Shown: piece by piece, positions 10,183 through 19,382 of the stretch
How positions within the stretch are numbered: position 1 is the stretch's first letter
Layout: each line of letters begins with the position of its first letter
Assembly: GCA_963677485.1 (NCBI GenBank)
Contig: OY781964.1
Location: forward strand, 2,434,980-2,498,979
Direction: 5' to 3'
Source: Armatimonadota bacterium
GTDB lineage: Bacteria > Armatimonadota > HRBIN16
Length of the DNA: 64,000 nt
Program-made: the position numbers and the translations under genes
The notes under the pieces: generated by a model
The model's input: the letters and a program-made list of their open reading frames with translations, nothing else
Told to the model about the DNA's origin: nothing
The model's database searches: none

Positions 10183-10270
10183 GACGGGCATCCAACGCAA
10201 AGACGCAAAGGTGCAACGGACGCAGAGGGGTATCCCATCCGCGTTCATCTGCGTCCATCCGCGGTTTTAG
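10183..10270. repeat. Word-repeat island W2: CAACGCAAAGACGCAAAGGTGCAACGGACGCAGAGGGGTATCCCATCCGCGTTCATCTGCGTCCATCCGCGGTTTTAG.
   Basis: Near-identical to 8806-8882. Together they form direct repeats bracketing the 1.3-kb AT-rich segment at 8883-10182. Confidence 0.8.
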
Positions 10271-10496
10271 TAACCCTCCGCTGCGGCGGCGGCACCTCGC
10301 CGGGCAAGAAGCTTAAGAACGAAAAACCCAGCAGATTTACCCGTCCTGCATCCCTTGCACAACCCCGATATACCAAAATGCACCCAATCGGTAGTATGAT
10401 ATGTTGGTATAGAGTGTCGGTGTTTGGCAATTATAACAAAGCTGATCACGCCCCTATCCTTAGTATTCCGGCATTCCGAAGAAAGGATCAGTGTTC

Positions 10497-13400
10497 ATGG
10501 CACGTCCGCGTATCACCATTGACGGCAACGAAGCGGCAGCTTATGTTGCATACAAGACTAACGAAGTCATCGCCATCTATCCCATCACACCTTCATCCAA
10601 TATGGGTGAGTGGTCGGATGAATGGGCAGCCAAGCATGATAAGAACATCTGGGGCGTAGTACCCAGCGTGAAAGAGATGCAGAGTGAGGGAGGCGCCGCT
10701 GGTGCCGTGCATGGTGCCCTTCAAGCTGGATCGCTGACCACCACATTCACCGCAAGCCAAGGCTTGCTGTTGATGATCCCGAACATGTTTAAAATCGCTG
10801 GCGAACTCACCAGCACCGTGTTCCACATCGCAGCCCGAACAATCGCTACCCATGCACTTAGCATCTTCGGTGATCATTCGGACGTCATGTCCACCCGAAG
10901 CTGCGGCTGGGCCATGCTGAGCAGCAACAACGTGCAAGAGGTCATGGACCTGGCGTTGATTGCTCAAGCCGCCACTCTGGAAGCCAGGGTGCCCTTCATA
11001 CACTTTTTTGACGGTTTCCGCATTAGCCACGAGTTGTCCAAAATCGAGAAGTTGACCGATGAGGACATCAGGGCTATGATTGACGACGATCTCGTGAATG
11101 CGCACCGACAGCGCGGGCTTAACCCAGAGCACCCGGTGATGCGCGGTACCGCCCAAAACCCAGACGTCTTCTTCCAGGCTCGTGAAGCCTGCAACCCATA
11201 TTACGCCGCCACTCCCGCCATCGTTCAGAAGGCTATGGACAAGTTTGCCTCCATCGTTGGCCGCCAGTACAAGCTGTTCGATTATGTGGGTGCTCCAGAC
11301 GCAGAGCGTGTGGTCATCGCCATGGGCAGCGGTTGTGAAACGGTGGAAGAGACCGTTGAAGCACTGTTGGCTAAGGGCGAAAAGGTCGGCGTGCTGAAGG
11401 TTCGCCTCTACCGTCCATTCTCACCAGAGGATATGATTGCCGCCATCCCGACCACCGTGAAGAGCCTCGTGGTGCTGGACCGCACCAAAGAGCCCGGTGG
11501 ATTGGGCGAGCCTTTATATCAAGACGTGATGACCGCCTATGCAGAACGCTACAACGAAACCGGCATCCTGCCTCCCAAGATCATCGGCGGCCGCTACGGA
11601 CTGAGCTCCAAGGAGTTCACCCCAGCTATGGCCAAGGCTGTGCTGGATGAGCCGTTGAAGGCCCATCCCAAGAACCACTTCACAGTGGGCATTGATGATG
11701 ACGTGTCTCATACCAGCCTGGAGGTTCCTGAATTCCACGTGGAGATGAATGACGTCACCCGTGCCATGTTCTGGGGACTGGGAGCCGACGGTACCGTTGG
11801 TGCCAACAAGAACTCCATCAAGATCATCGGTGAAGATACCGACAACTACGCTCAGGGCTACTTCGTGTATGACAGCAAGAAGTCCGGCGCAGCCACCACC
11901 TCCCACCTTCGGTTTGGCCCACGCCCCATCAAGGCGCACTACCTTATCCAGAAGGCGAACTTCATCGCTGTTCACCAGAGCAACTTTATTGAGCGATACG
12001 ATGTGCTGGGAGCGGCTGCACAAGATGGCGTGTTCCTTCTGAATACCCCATTCAGCGCCGACGAAGTCTGGGATCAGATGCCCAAGACGGTGCAAGAGCA
12101 CATTATCAATAAGAACCTTCGCTTCTTCGTGATCAACGCTTACGATGTGGCTAAGAAGACCAACATGGGTGTGCGCATTAACACCATCATGCAGACATGC
12201 TTCTTTGCCATCTCCGGTGTTCTTCCTCGCGAAGAGGCTATTGAGCACATCAAGAAGTCCATTAAAAAAACTTACGGTAAGCGCGGTGATGCCATCGTAG
12301 CACAGAACTTCGCTGCTGTGGATGCCGCTCTGGAATACATGCATCAGGTCAGCGTTCCATCAACCGTCAGCAGCAAGATCGATATGCGCGCAGCGGTACC
12401 GGAGAATGCTCCTGAGTTCGTGAAGGGCCTGACGGCTGAGATCATCGCAGGACGCGGAGACGCTTGCCCTGTGAGCATGATGCCAGTCGATGGCACCTTC
12501 CCCACAGGCACCACCCAGTGGGAACGCCGCAACATCGCTCTGGACGTACCGGTCTGGGATCCCAGCACCTGTATCCAGTGCGGCAAGTGTTCGCTGGTCT
12601 GCCCGCACGGTGTCATCCGCAGCAAGGTTGTCAGTGACGCTGAGCTGGCTGGTGCTCCTGAAGGCTTCCAGACCACTGCTGCCAAGTGGAAAGAGTTCGA
12701 TGGCAAGAAATACACGCTTGCTGTGTCGGTGGAAGACTGCACTGGCTGCGGCTTATGCGTAAACTACTGCCCCGCCAAGAACAAGAGCAACGTCAGCCTG
12801 AAGGCCATCAACATGACCCCTCTGGCCGACGTGCGCGAAAAGGGCATGGCCGACTGGGACTTCTTCAAGAGTCTCCCAGCCACCGACCGTGCTAGCGGGT
12901 TGCGCTTCAACATGACCAAGAACCTGCAGTTGCTTGAACCCTACTTTGAGTTCAGCGGTGCCTGTTCTGGTTGCGGCGAAACACCATACGTGAAGGTGAT
13001 CAGCCAGATGTTTGGCGATCGCATGATCGTGGCCAACGCCACCGGATGCTCCAGTATCTACGGCGGTAACCTGCCCACCACCCCGTGGTGCCAGGACAAG
13101 GACGGCCGCGGTCCGGCATGGGCCAACAGCCTGTTTGAGGACAACGCCGAGTTCGGTCTGGGTATGCGTCTGGCTGTTGATCAGCAGCGCGGCTACGCCG
13201 TCAGCATGTTGACCAAGCTGCAAGACAAACTGGGTGCGGAACTGGTTGACGCGATCGTTCATGCCGACCAGAGCAGCGAAGAGGGCATCGCCGCTCAGCG
13301 CGAGCGAGTGGCTGCCGTCAAGGCGAAGATCACCGCTTGTGATTGTGCAGACTGCACGAACCTTCTGGGTGTTTTGGACCAGATGGTGAAGCGCAGTGTG

Positions 13401-14054
13401 TGGATATTCGGCGGCGACGGTTGGGCATACGACATCGGCTACGGCGGTTTGGATCACGTGCTGGCTAGCGGCCTGAACGTGAACGTGATGGTTCTGGACA
13501 CCGAGGTGTATTCCAACACCGGTGGACAGGCCAGCAAGGCCACTCCGTTCGGTGCTGTCGCGAAGTTCGCCTCCGGTGGTAAAGAGACCGGCAAGAAGGA
13601 CCTCGGTCTGATGCAGTCCTCCTACGGTAACGTGTATGTGGCTCAGATCGCCATGGGTGCCAACGAGGGCCAGGCTTTACGCGCCATTCAGGAAGCGGAA
13701 GCTTATGAAGGCCCGTCCCTGATCATTGCGTATTCGCACTGTATCGCCCACGGTATCGACATGGGTAACGGCCTTGCACAGCAGAAACTGGCTGTGGATT
13801 GCGGTTACTGGCCGCTGTGGCGTTACAACCCGTCATTAGTTGCCGAAGGCAAGAACCCATTCGTGCTTGATTCCGGCGATCCCAAGATCGCGTTGAAGGA
13901 CTACATTTCAACCGAAGGCCGGTACAAGATACTCATGAAGTCTAACCCGGAAGCTGCTGCGGCCCTAGCTAAGCTATCGCAAGCAGCCGTTACCGAGCGC
14001 CTGAAGCACTTCAAAATGCTAGCGGCTGCCCCCGGCAGTGCAGAACAGGCCTAA
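10497..14054 (+). CDS. nifJ: Pyruvate:ferredoxin (flavodoxin) oxidoreductase, single-polypeptide PFOR.
   Basis: 1185 aa. [34 protein letters not shown] is the canonical PFOR N-terminus. Two 4Fe-4S ferredoxin motifs ([26 protein letters not shown]) and TPP-binding [10 protein letters not shown] are present. GAAAGGA lies 9 nt upstream of the ATG at 10497. Confidence 0.93.
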   Translation: MARPRITIDGNEAAAYVAYKTNEVIAIYPITPSSNMGEWSDEWAAKHDKNIWGVVPSVKEMQSEGGAAGAVHGALQAGSLTTTFTASQGLLLMIPNMFKIAGELTSTVFHIAARTIATHALSIFGDHSDVMSTRSCGWAMLSSNNVQEVMDLALIAQAATLEARVPFIHFFDGFRISHELSKIEKLTDEDIRAMIDDDLVNAHRQRGLNPEHPVMRGTAQNPDVFFQAREACNPYYAATPAIVQKAMDKFASIVGRQYKLFDYVGAPDAERVVIAMGSGCETVEETVEALLAKGEKVGVLKVRLYRPFSPEDMIAAIPTTVKSLVVLDRTKEPGGLGEPLYQDVMTAYAERYNETGILPPKIIGGRYGLSSKEFTPAMAKAVLDEPLKAHPKNHFTVGIDDDVSHTSLEVPEFHVEMNDVTRAMFWGLGADGTVGANKNSIKIIGEDTDNYAQGYFVYDSKKSGAATTSHLRFGPRPIKAHYLIQKANFIAVHQSNFIERYDVLGAAAQDGVFLLNTPFSADEVWDQMPKTVQEHIINKNLRFFVINAYDVAKKTNMGVRINTIMQTCFFAISGVLPREEAIEHIKKSIKKTYGKRGDAIVAQNFAAVDAALEYMHQVSVPSTVSSKIDMRAAVPENAPEFVKGLTAEIIAGRGDACPVSMMPVDGTFPTGTTQWERRNIALDVPVWDPSTCIQCGKCSLVCPHGVIRSKVVSDAELAGAPEGFQTTAAKWKEFDGKKYTLAVSVEDCTGCGLCVNYCPAKNKSNVSLKAINMTPLADVREKGMADWDFFKSLPATDRASGLRFNMTKNLQLLEPYFEFSGACSGCGETPYVKVISQMFGDRMIVANATGCSSIYGGNLPTTPWCQDKDGRGPAWANSLFEDNAEFGLGMRLAVDQQRGYAVSMLTKLQDKLGAELVDAIVHADQSSEEGIAAQRERVAAVKAKITACDCADCTNLLGVLDQMVKRSVWIFGGDGWAYDIGYGGLDHVLASGLNVNVMVLDTEVYSNTGGQASKATPFGAVAKFASGGKETGKKDLGLMQSSYGNVYVAQIAMGANEGQALRAIQEAEAYEGPSLIIAYSHCIAHGIDMGNGLAQQKLAVDCGYWPLWRYNPSLVAEGKNPFVLDSGDPKIALKDYISTEGRYKILMKSNPEAAAALAKLSQAAVTERLKHFKMLAAAPGSAEQA

Positions 14055-14071
14055 CGGAGAAGGAGATGACA

Positions 14072-15070
14072 ATGGATCTGAGAACCACATACCTGGGGTT
14101 AGAGTTAAAGAACCCCATCGTCGCCTCTTCGTCACCCGTCACATACACTGTGGAGGGCATTAAGAAGCTGGCAGACGCCGGAGCTGGTGCCATCGTGATG
14201 CACTCTTTGTTTGAAGAGCAGATCACCATGGAAGGTCAGCACCTCGACTACTACCTCACCTCAGGCACGGAGAGCTCCGCGGAAGCGATCAGCTATTTCC
14301 CTGAAGCTGAAGACTATAAAGTGGGCCCAGAGGCCTATCTTGACCTGATCAAACAGGGCAAGAAGCTGGTGGATGTGCCCATCATCGGCAGCTTGAACGG
14401 TGTGAGCACAGGCGGCTGGGTGGACTACGCGTCCAAAATCCAGTCGGCTGGTGCTGATGCGCTTGAGCTGAACCTCTATTATCTGCCCACCGATCCCAAG
14501 ATCACCAGCAGCGAGATCGAGCAGGTCTATCTAGACGTGCTGACCGATGTCAAGAAGGCTGTGAGCATCCCTGTGGCAATGAAGCTGAGCCCATTCTTCA
14601 GCGCAACGCCCTGGGTGATCCGCCGATTTGCAGAGGCCGGTGCGGATGGTCTGGTCATGTTCAACCGCTTCTACCAGCCTGACCTCGATCTGGAGGCCCT
14701 TGAGGTCGTTCCCGATCTGAAGTTGAGCAAGAGCTATGAGATGCGCCTGGCCCTTCGCTGGGTGGCGATCATGAGCGGCAAGGTGAAGTCCGATCTGGCA
14801 CTGACCACCGGTGTGCATACTGGCCAGGACGCGATCAAAGCGTTGATGGCTGGTGCGAAGGTGGCCATGGTGGCCAGTGAGCTGCTTGAGAACGGTCCGA
14901 AGCGCATTACAGCTATGCTGCAGGAGATGACCGACTGGCTGACGGAACACGACTACGAGAGTGCCGCGCAGTGCATCGGCAGTATGAGCCAGCAGCACGT
15001 GGCGGAACCCGCCGCGTTTGCCCGCGCGAACTACCTGAAGACTCTGAAGAGCTACCAGCTCCGCTGGTAG
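14072..15070 (+). CDS. Dihydroorotate dehydrogenase-like (class 1 DHOD / dihydropyrimidine-dehydrogenase-like) FMN TIM-barrel protein.
   Basis: [13 protein letters not shown]...PIIGSLNG...[10 protein letters not shown] pattern of the DHOD family. GGAGAAGGAG lies 6 nt upstream of the ATG at 14072. The gap after the PFOR stop is 17 nt. Confidence 0.75.
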   Translation: MDLRTTYLGLELKNPIVASSSPVTYTVEGIKKLADAGAGAIVMHSLFEEQITMEGQHLDYYLTSGTESSAEAISYFPEAEDYKVGPEAYLDLIKQGKKLVDVPIIGSLNGVSTGGWVDYASKIQSAGADALELNLYYLPTDPKITSSEIEQVYLDVLTDVKKAVSIPVAMKLSPFFSATPWVIRRFAEAGADGLVMFNRFYQPDLDLEALEVVPDLKLSKSYEMRLALRWVAIMSGKVKSDLALTTGVHTGQDAIKALMAGAKVAMVASELLENGPKRITAMLQEMTDWLTEHDYESAAQCIGSMSQQHVAEPAAFARANYLKTLKSYQLRW

Positions 15071-15085
15071 GCCTCTGAAGTGCCA

Positions 15086-15128
15086 AATCATCCCCCCCGG
15101 GCTCCCCGGCGGGGGATGATTGCGTTTT
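15086..15128 (+). terminator. Rho-independent terminator after the PFOR / DHOD-like operon.
   Basis: Hairpin AATCATCCCCCCCGG-GCTCC-CCGGCGGGGGATGATT, then TGCGTTTT. Confidence 0.8.
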
Positions 15129-15177
15129 AGTATCTTACCAACCATATTTTGAACACGGTGTATAGAATATTCTGATA

Positions 15178-16713
15178 TTACGCACCACACAAAGCGTTAG
15201 GCACAACGATCTGGCGAATAGCAAGTGCTGCCATGATGATACGCTTGCCAAGTGCAGTGAGGTAGTATTTGTAGCGTTTACCGCATTTTTTAACGAGCCG
15301 GAATACTCGGCATCGCTTGATGAAGTATGATATCTGAGAGCTGGACATCTGCGGTAAGGCTTTTTGAAGCATACGGTTTGTGATCCCGCTGATGCATCCC
15401 TCTCCGCGAGCAAGTGCAATGAGACATTCCAAATCCTTCTTGAGGAAAAGGTTGAATCCTCGATACGAGCGATGATCACGGGTGGTCGAGGTCGCGATTT
15501 TGATGATCTGATGTTCACCATCGCTGTTGTCATCAAGGGCGGAAAGAAAGTCAAGATATCTGTTGTTTGCAGATAATAACAGTTCCCTCAATGGAGGAAG
15601 GCTGTAGATGGTCTTTTGCATAGGGGCGTATTTAATCTCAGTCGTCCCATCATGATGTTCTACCTCACGGTAGTGTTTAAATTCAGAGACGTCATTCACA
15701 GTCGTCTCGATACGCAAGATTATCCCTTGCTTGTCATACATTTTGATAGAAGCCCATCCCATGTAGTGTTTGATGCGCGTGCCTTGTATGCGGCGATCGA
15801 ACTTGTAGTCAGTGCCGATCTCAGCGAGTGTTCGCCCATCAAGTTTCTTACCAAGAAACATCGCGATAGACTCTGGCGTTACCGTATGTATCGCTGTTTT
15901 GACTAGATTATCGTAGATGGCTTTGAGGTCTTCGGCGCGTTTGAACACGATGTCTGTAGCATATTCCACCTGCATTAGCGACCAATGATATGAATTGTCA
16001 GCAAGCCGTATCACGGGGCAATACATTCTGGCAAATGCATCCAGCGCATGGTGCAGCTTATCAGCAGGAAAAGCGTCTGCCAGCCTCTGAGCACAGCTAA
16101 AGTCGTCGATTTTTACAAAGGCGTTGTCCAGTGGAGTGAAAACTACTCCCTCGGATTGAAGGCAATGCGCGAGATAATTGTGTCCATTACAATAGAATTG
16201 CAGACGGAAGGGCACCCAGGTCGGAACTCGTAGATAGCACAGTCCAAACTCTGCATCGATGAAATAGAAGTAGTAATGAAGACACTTGGTCTCCTTGATA
16301 TTCAGCCGGGTTTTGTGGGTAATCTTGTCGTGCCACGGGGTGTATGCAGGACATTTTTCCAACACTGAGAATATGTGGACGAGACCGGGGTGACACCCTC
16401 GACTACTAATGATCTCTTTGATGCGGTCTTCTTTTCGAAATGAAGAGGCACGGCGTATATACTCAATTTCAATGCTGTTGGTAACGGCAAGGCGTTCCGC
16501 ATTGGCTTTGATCTCATCTCGTAGAGGTTCGGCAAATTCCTTAGGAAAGTCAAATAGCCTGATGTTGCGTTGATGAAGATAGATGCCCATTCCGTCGCTA
16601 TGACACCAGCCTGGGATTGTACCGGTGATAACTATGCGGTCGAAGCATGAATATACCCCAGCTATCTGCTTTGCATAGCGTTCTTGAAGTGATGTCATTC
16701 TGGGCAACCTCAC
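15178..16713 (-). CDS. AT-rich orphan hypothetical protein (511 aa) of likely foreign origin; could be transposase-like or defence-related. Family not recognised.
   Basis: Long ORF whose base composition is visibly AT-richer than its neighbours (by eye, not computed). It lies between the operon terminator and word-repeat island W3. No Walker, HNH or DDE motif could be assigned with confidence. Confidence 0.55.
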   Translation of the reverse strand: MRLPRMTSLQERYAKQIAGVYSCFDRIVITGTIPGWCHSDGMGIYLHQRNIRLFDFPKEFAEPLRDEIKANAERLAVTNSIEIEYIRRASSFRKEDRIKEIISSRGCHPGLVHIFSVLEKCPAYTPWHDKITHKTRLNIKETKCLHYYFYFIDAEFGLCYLRVPTWVPFRLQFYCNGHNYLAHCLQSEGVVFTPLDNAFVKIDDFSCAQRLADAFPADKLHHALDAFARMYCPVIRLADNSYHWSLMQVEYATDIVFKRAEDLKAIYDNLVKTAIHTVTPESIAMFLGKKLDGRTLAEIGTDYKFDRRIQGTRIKHYMGWASIKMYDKQGIILRIETTVNDVSEFKHYREVEHHDGTTEIKYAPMQKTIYSLPPLRELLLSANNRYLDFLSALDDNSDGEHQIIKIATSTTRDHRSYRGFNLFLKKDLECLIALARGEGCISGITNRMLQKALPQMSSSQISYFIKRCRVFRLVKKCGKRYKYYLTALGKRIIMAALAIRQIVVPNALCGA

Positions 16714-16792
16714 GAAAGGGTGTTTGAATGTATATTACGTGGCGAATGCAATCATTCCTTTTTTGGTTGCGGCTAAGCCGCCTTAGGGGGGG

Positions 16793-17150
16793 TGGATTGT
16801 CTGAACCACGGATTACGCGGATAATTCGGATGACACGGATGGGGAGGCGGGTTTGTCACGCGAAGACGCGAAGACGCGAAGGGGGTGGGGAGTGTGTCAC
16901 GCGTAGACGCGAAGACGCGAAGGGGAGGCGGGTTGGACGGATGCGAGGGCGCGAAGACGCGAAGGGGCAAGGCGGGTTGGATGTATGCGAGGGCGTGGCG
17001 GGTATGGTGCGTATGGCTACCCCTGGGAACGCCAATCTCCCGATTGGCATTTCCCTTCCCCATTCGCGTTCATTCGTGTTCATTCGCGGTTAAAATGAGC
17101 CAGCAACAGGTCGGGTAGGATGAGTAGGACGAGTAAGGTAAGGGTAGGGC
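16793..17150. repeat. Word-repeat island W3, the richest in the window. It contains CTGAACCACGGATTACGCGGAT, GTGTCACGCGAAGACGCGAAGACGCGAAGG x3, CATTCGCGTTCATTCGTGTTCATTCGCGGTT and GGTAGGATGAGTAGGACGAGTAAGG.
   Basis: Direct reading. The modules are shared with islands at 26425, 44183, 53463, 57714 and 62350. The ORFs called here (16728-17093 and others) are repeat artefacts. Confidence 0.85.
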
Positions 17151-17157
17151 TGCCGCG

Positions 17158-17712
17158 CTAGCTCCAGTTGATGGGCCGTTTGCGGGGTTTGCTGAGGGTT
17201 TTGGGGGGTGCTGGGGTGCGGGAGTTGCGGATGCGCAGCACGCAGATAACCAGCGCCATCACACCCACACCGATGAGCAGCAGGGGGTAGTTCCGCCGGC
17301 CGTGGACAATGCTGATATATCCGTGCCCCAGAAAATAGAAGCCTAGCGCGGCGAGGTATGTGATCTGGGTGCTGTTTGTTTCGCCCTTGAAGGCCATGCG
17401 AATCGCGCTGTAAGCGGCCAGCAGACCTACTGTGATGCGCATACCGACTTCCACCCAATACTCGGCTGGATTTTCAACGACAGTATGCAACAGATCGCGC
17501 AGCAGAACCGCACTCACGGCGGCTACGCCTACTGCCACCCATAGCAGAATATAACGCCGCGTCTGGGGGATTATCAACCCGATGCAGACGACCGCCGCGA
17601 TGAGGCTTTGAGCCGATTGCTGCGGAATCTGCTTAAAGCCCTCGCTATACGGTGCCAGACACGCGGCTATCACAGCGGGAATGGCCAGCTCTGCCCATGG
17701 GGATAACTTCAA
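17158..17712 (-). CDS. Hypothetical integral membrane protein.
   Basis: 184 aa with 5-6 hydrophobic helices. Lies immediately downstream of 17719-18354 on the same strand. Confidence 0.55.
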   Translation of the reverse strand: MKLSPWAELAIPAVIAACLAPYSEGFKQIPQQSAQSLIAAVVCIGLIIPQTRRYILLWVAVGVAAVSAVLLRDLLHTVVENPAEYWVEVGMRITVGLLAAYSAIRMAFKGETNSTQITYLAALGFYFLGHGYISIVHGRRNYPLLLIGVGVMALVICVLRIRNSRTPAPPKTLSKPRKRPINWS

Positions 17713-17718
17713 CGGATG

Positions 17719-18354
17719 TTAGTCCTCAGCGAGAAGCTGCTGCATTAACTCCTCGGTTTTCCCTTGTAAATACTGTGCGCTATCGTAGGCACAGGTCAGA
17801 ATTTGGTCCAGCGTCACGCCAGTGCCGGTGACGGCATCGAACTGCATGTAGAAGTAGGCCGGATCGGCAAAGAGGGGCTCAATGCGCAGGTCGCAGTGGA
17901 ACATCGCCTCTTCAAATGTGAACCGTAGACCCACCCCGCGTAGTTGGCTGCCGAAGTGCTTGCGCAGCGATTCGCCAGGCAGGCACAGGAAGTTGTCTAC
18001 GCTGGACTCCGTGGACGCACCGCCGGCATCGCGCTTGCCGATCCACTGCACGGCCCCTGTGAAGGCGTCACCCAGCAGCAGGCCGTCGCGAAATGCGGCG
18101 AGTGCGCGCACGGAACGGGCCGATTCTGGGTTGATCGGGTCCGCCTCGCTCACGTAGATGGTCTGCTGTGGACTCACGAACAGCCCTTCTCTGCTGTCGT
18201 TGTTAATGTAGCCCAGAAAACCTGGCATCTGAGTTTGCTGGGGGGCAAAGCTAGGGCCGAGTGCCTCCAGCAGGCTGTTGTGGCGCGGCTCGCTGAACTG
18301 CCCAATGTCTGTGTTCAGTGTGATCTGTAGCTTGTTGAGGATCGTTTCTGGCAT
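17719..18354 (-). CDS. Hypothetical protein (211 aa).
   Basis: Uninterrupted ORF with GC-rich codon usage like its neighbours. No family recognised. Confidence 0.5.
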   Translation of the reverse strand: MPETILNKLQITLNTDIGQFSEPRHNSLLEALGPSFAPQQTQMPGFLGYINNDSREGLFVSPQQTIYVSEADPINPESARSVRALAAFRDGLLLGDAFTGAVQWIGKRDAGGASTESSVDNFLCLPGESLRKHFGSQLRGVGLRFTFEEAMFHCDLRIEPLFADPAYFYMQFDAVTGTGVTLDQILTCAYDSAQYLQGKTEELMQQLLAED

Positions 18355-18463
18355 TCTAAACTCCGTTTGGTGTTACCTTATAAAGCGTACTGGCCATCAG
18401 GGCCTTTGTCAAGATGCCGCAATGCCGGCTGTGGTTAATGGTGCGAAACCATGCGGTGTGATT

Positions 18464-19297
18464 TCATCTACCGGCCTCGCGTAACACCTCGTCGGCTGCT
18501 GTGGGGTTCTTTTGCTTTCGGAGAAGTTGCTCCGCGGCCTGGTAGAAGCGTCGGGCGGTGTCGGTATCGGCCAAGTCACGAGCGCTTCTTGCCGCGGCGA
18601 GCAGTGCGGCGGGGCTGTCGGTTTCCAAGGCCGCCCACTGTCGGCATAGACGGGCTGCGGCGATGAGGTCACCTTGCTGCCTGCATTTTTCGATGTCACG
18701 CACCAGTAGCAGTCGAGTGGCAGCGATATTGATGCCAAAGGCGTAAGCCAGCGTCACCGCGAAAAGAAAAGCCAGCAGATGCCCTGCGTAACCCACCTGC
18801 ATCTGCCCGTTCACCAGGCTTTGCATCAGCATCACCAACTGCTGCACCACCATGGCACATATGATGATCAATACGCTGGGAATGCGAACCTGGCCTAGAT
18901 TGAAGCCCACATATGCAAACCGTACGGCGCATAGCCCCATGGCACCAAAGACCAGGCTGCTCATGCCGATTTGTGGCTGACCCGCCAGGTCAGGACGGAA
19001 GGCGCTGGTGAACATCGCTTGCCCAAGGTTGCCAGCAAACGCAGCCGCCCAGACCACCAACAGATTTTCACGCGAACGCAACTTGAGCTCCAGAGGCAGG
19101 TAGAACATCATCATGCCCATCAGGTTGCCTGACAGGTGCCCCCAGTCGGCATGAACAAACAGTGCGCTGAGGGGAGCCCATAACGGGAAGCCAGCCGGGA
19201 TAAGCTGCACCCAGCCTATCCACGACTCGCGGTTAGGTATTATTTGAATCAGCACTGCAGTCAGCAGTACGATCAGTGTAGAAAAAGGCCAATTCAC
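18464..19297 (-). CDS. Rhomboid-family intramembrane serine protease with a C-terminal helical (TPR-like) tail.
   Basis: HADWGHLSGNLMGMMMFY (H...HL..N), GMSSLVFGAMG (GxSxxxG serine motif) and GHLLAFLFAV (histidine helix) are present in the correct order. Confidence 0.7.
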   Translation of the reverse strand: MNWPFSTLIVLLTAVLIQIIPNRESWIGWVQLIPAGFPLWAPLSALFVHADWGHLSGNLMGMMMFYLPLELKLRSRENLLVVWAAAFAGNLGQAMFTSAFRPDLAGQPQIGMSSLVFGAMGLCAVRFAYVGFNLGQVRIPSVLIIICAMVVQQLVMLMQSLVNGQMQVGYAGHLLAFLFAVTLAYAFGINIAATRLLLVRDIEKCRQQGDLIAAARLCRQWAALETDSPAALLAAARSARDLADTDTARRFYQAAEQLLRKQKNPTAADEVLREAGR

Positions 19298-19382
19298 CCT
19301 TTTAGATTAACGGCTTCCTTCCTATATGGCAACTCACTCCGATTTCCTGTGCGGGTACTGATGTCATGCATCGGCTGTGTGA

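Noticed and set aside
10593-12344. Long minus-strand ORFs (10593-11156, 11514-12344, 12753-13457) antisense to PFOR. Similar antisense ORFs occur within folP, priA, GH95 and the GH42-like genes (for example 30203-30865, 32520-32990, 44740-45255, 49389-50249).
   Set aside because: These are typical spurious antisense ORFs of GC-rich coding DNA. They have no RBS and no recognisable domains, and they fully overlap genes with unambiguous homology.
16728-17093. The ORF-track proteins inside the repeat islands (16728-17093, 16773-17063, 16856-17083, 57660-57983, 57802-58047, 62275-62649, 62364-62570, 8643-8882, 10048-10659) are rich in R/D/A/K/G repeats, for example RREDAKGRRVGRMRGREDAKG.
   Set aside because: They are translations of the 8-10-bp periodic DNA repeats in arbitrary frames. 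ORFs appear on both strands and in several frames over the same DNA. There is no RBS and no sequence signal of selection at the protein level.
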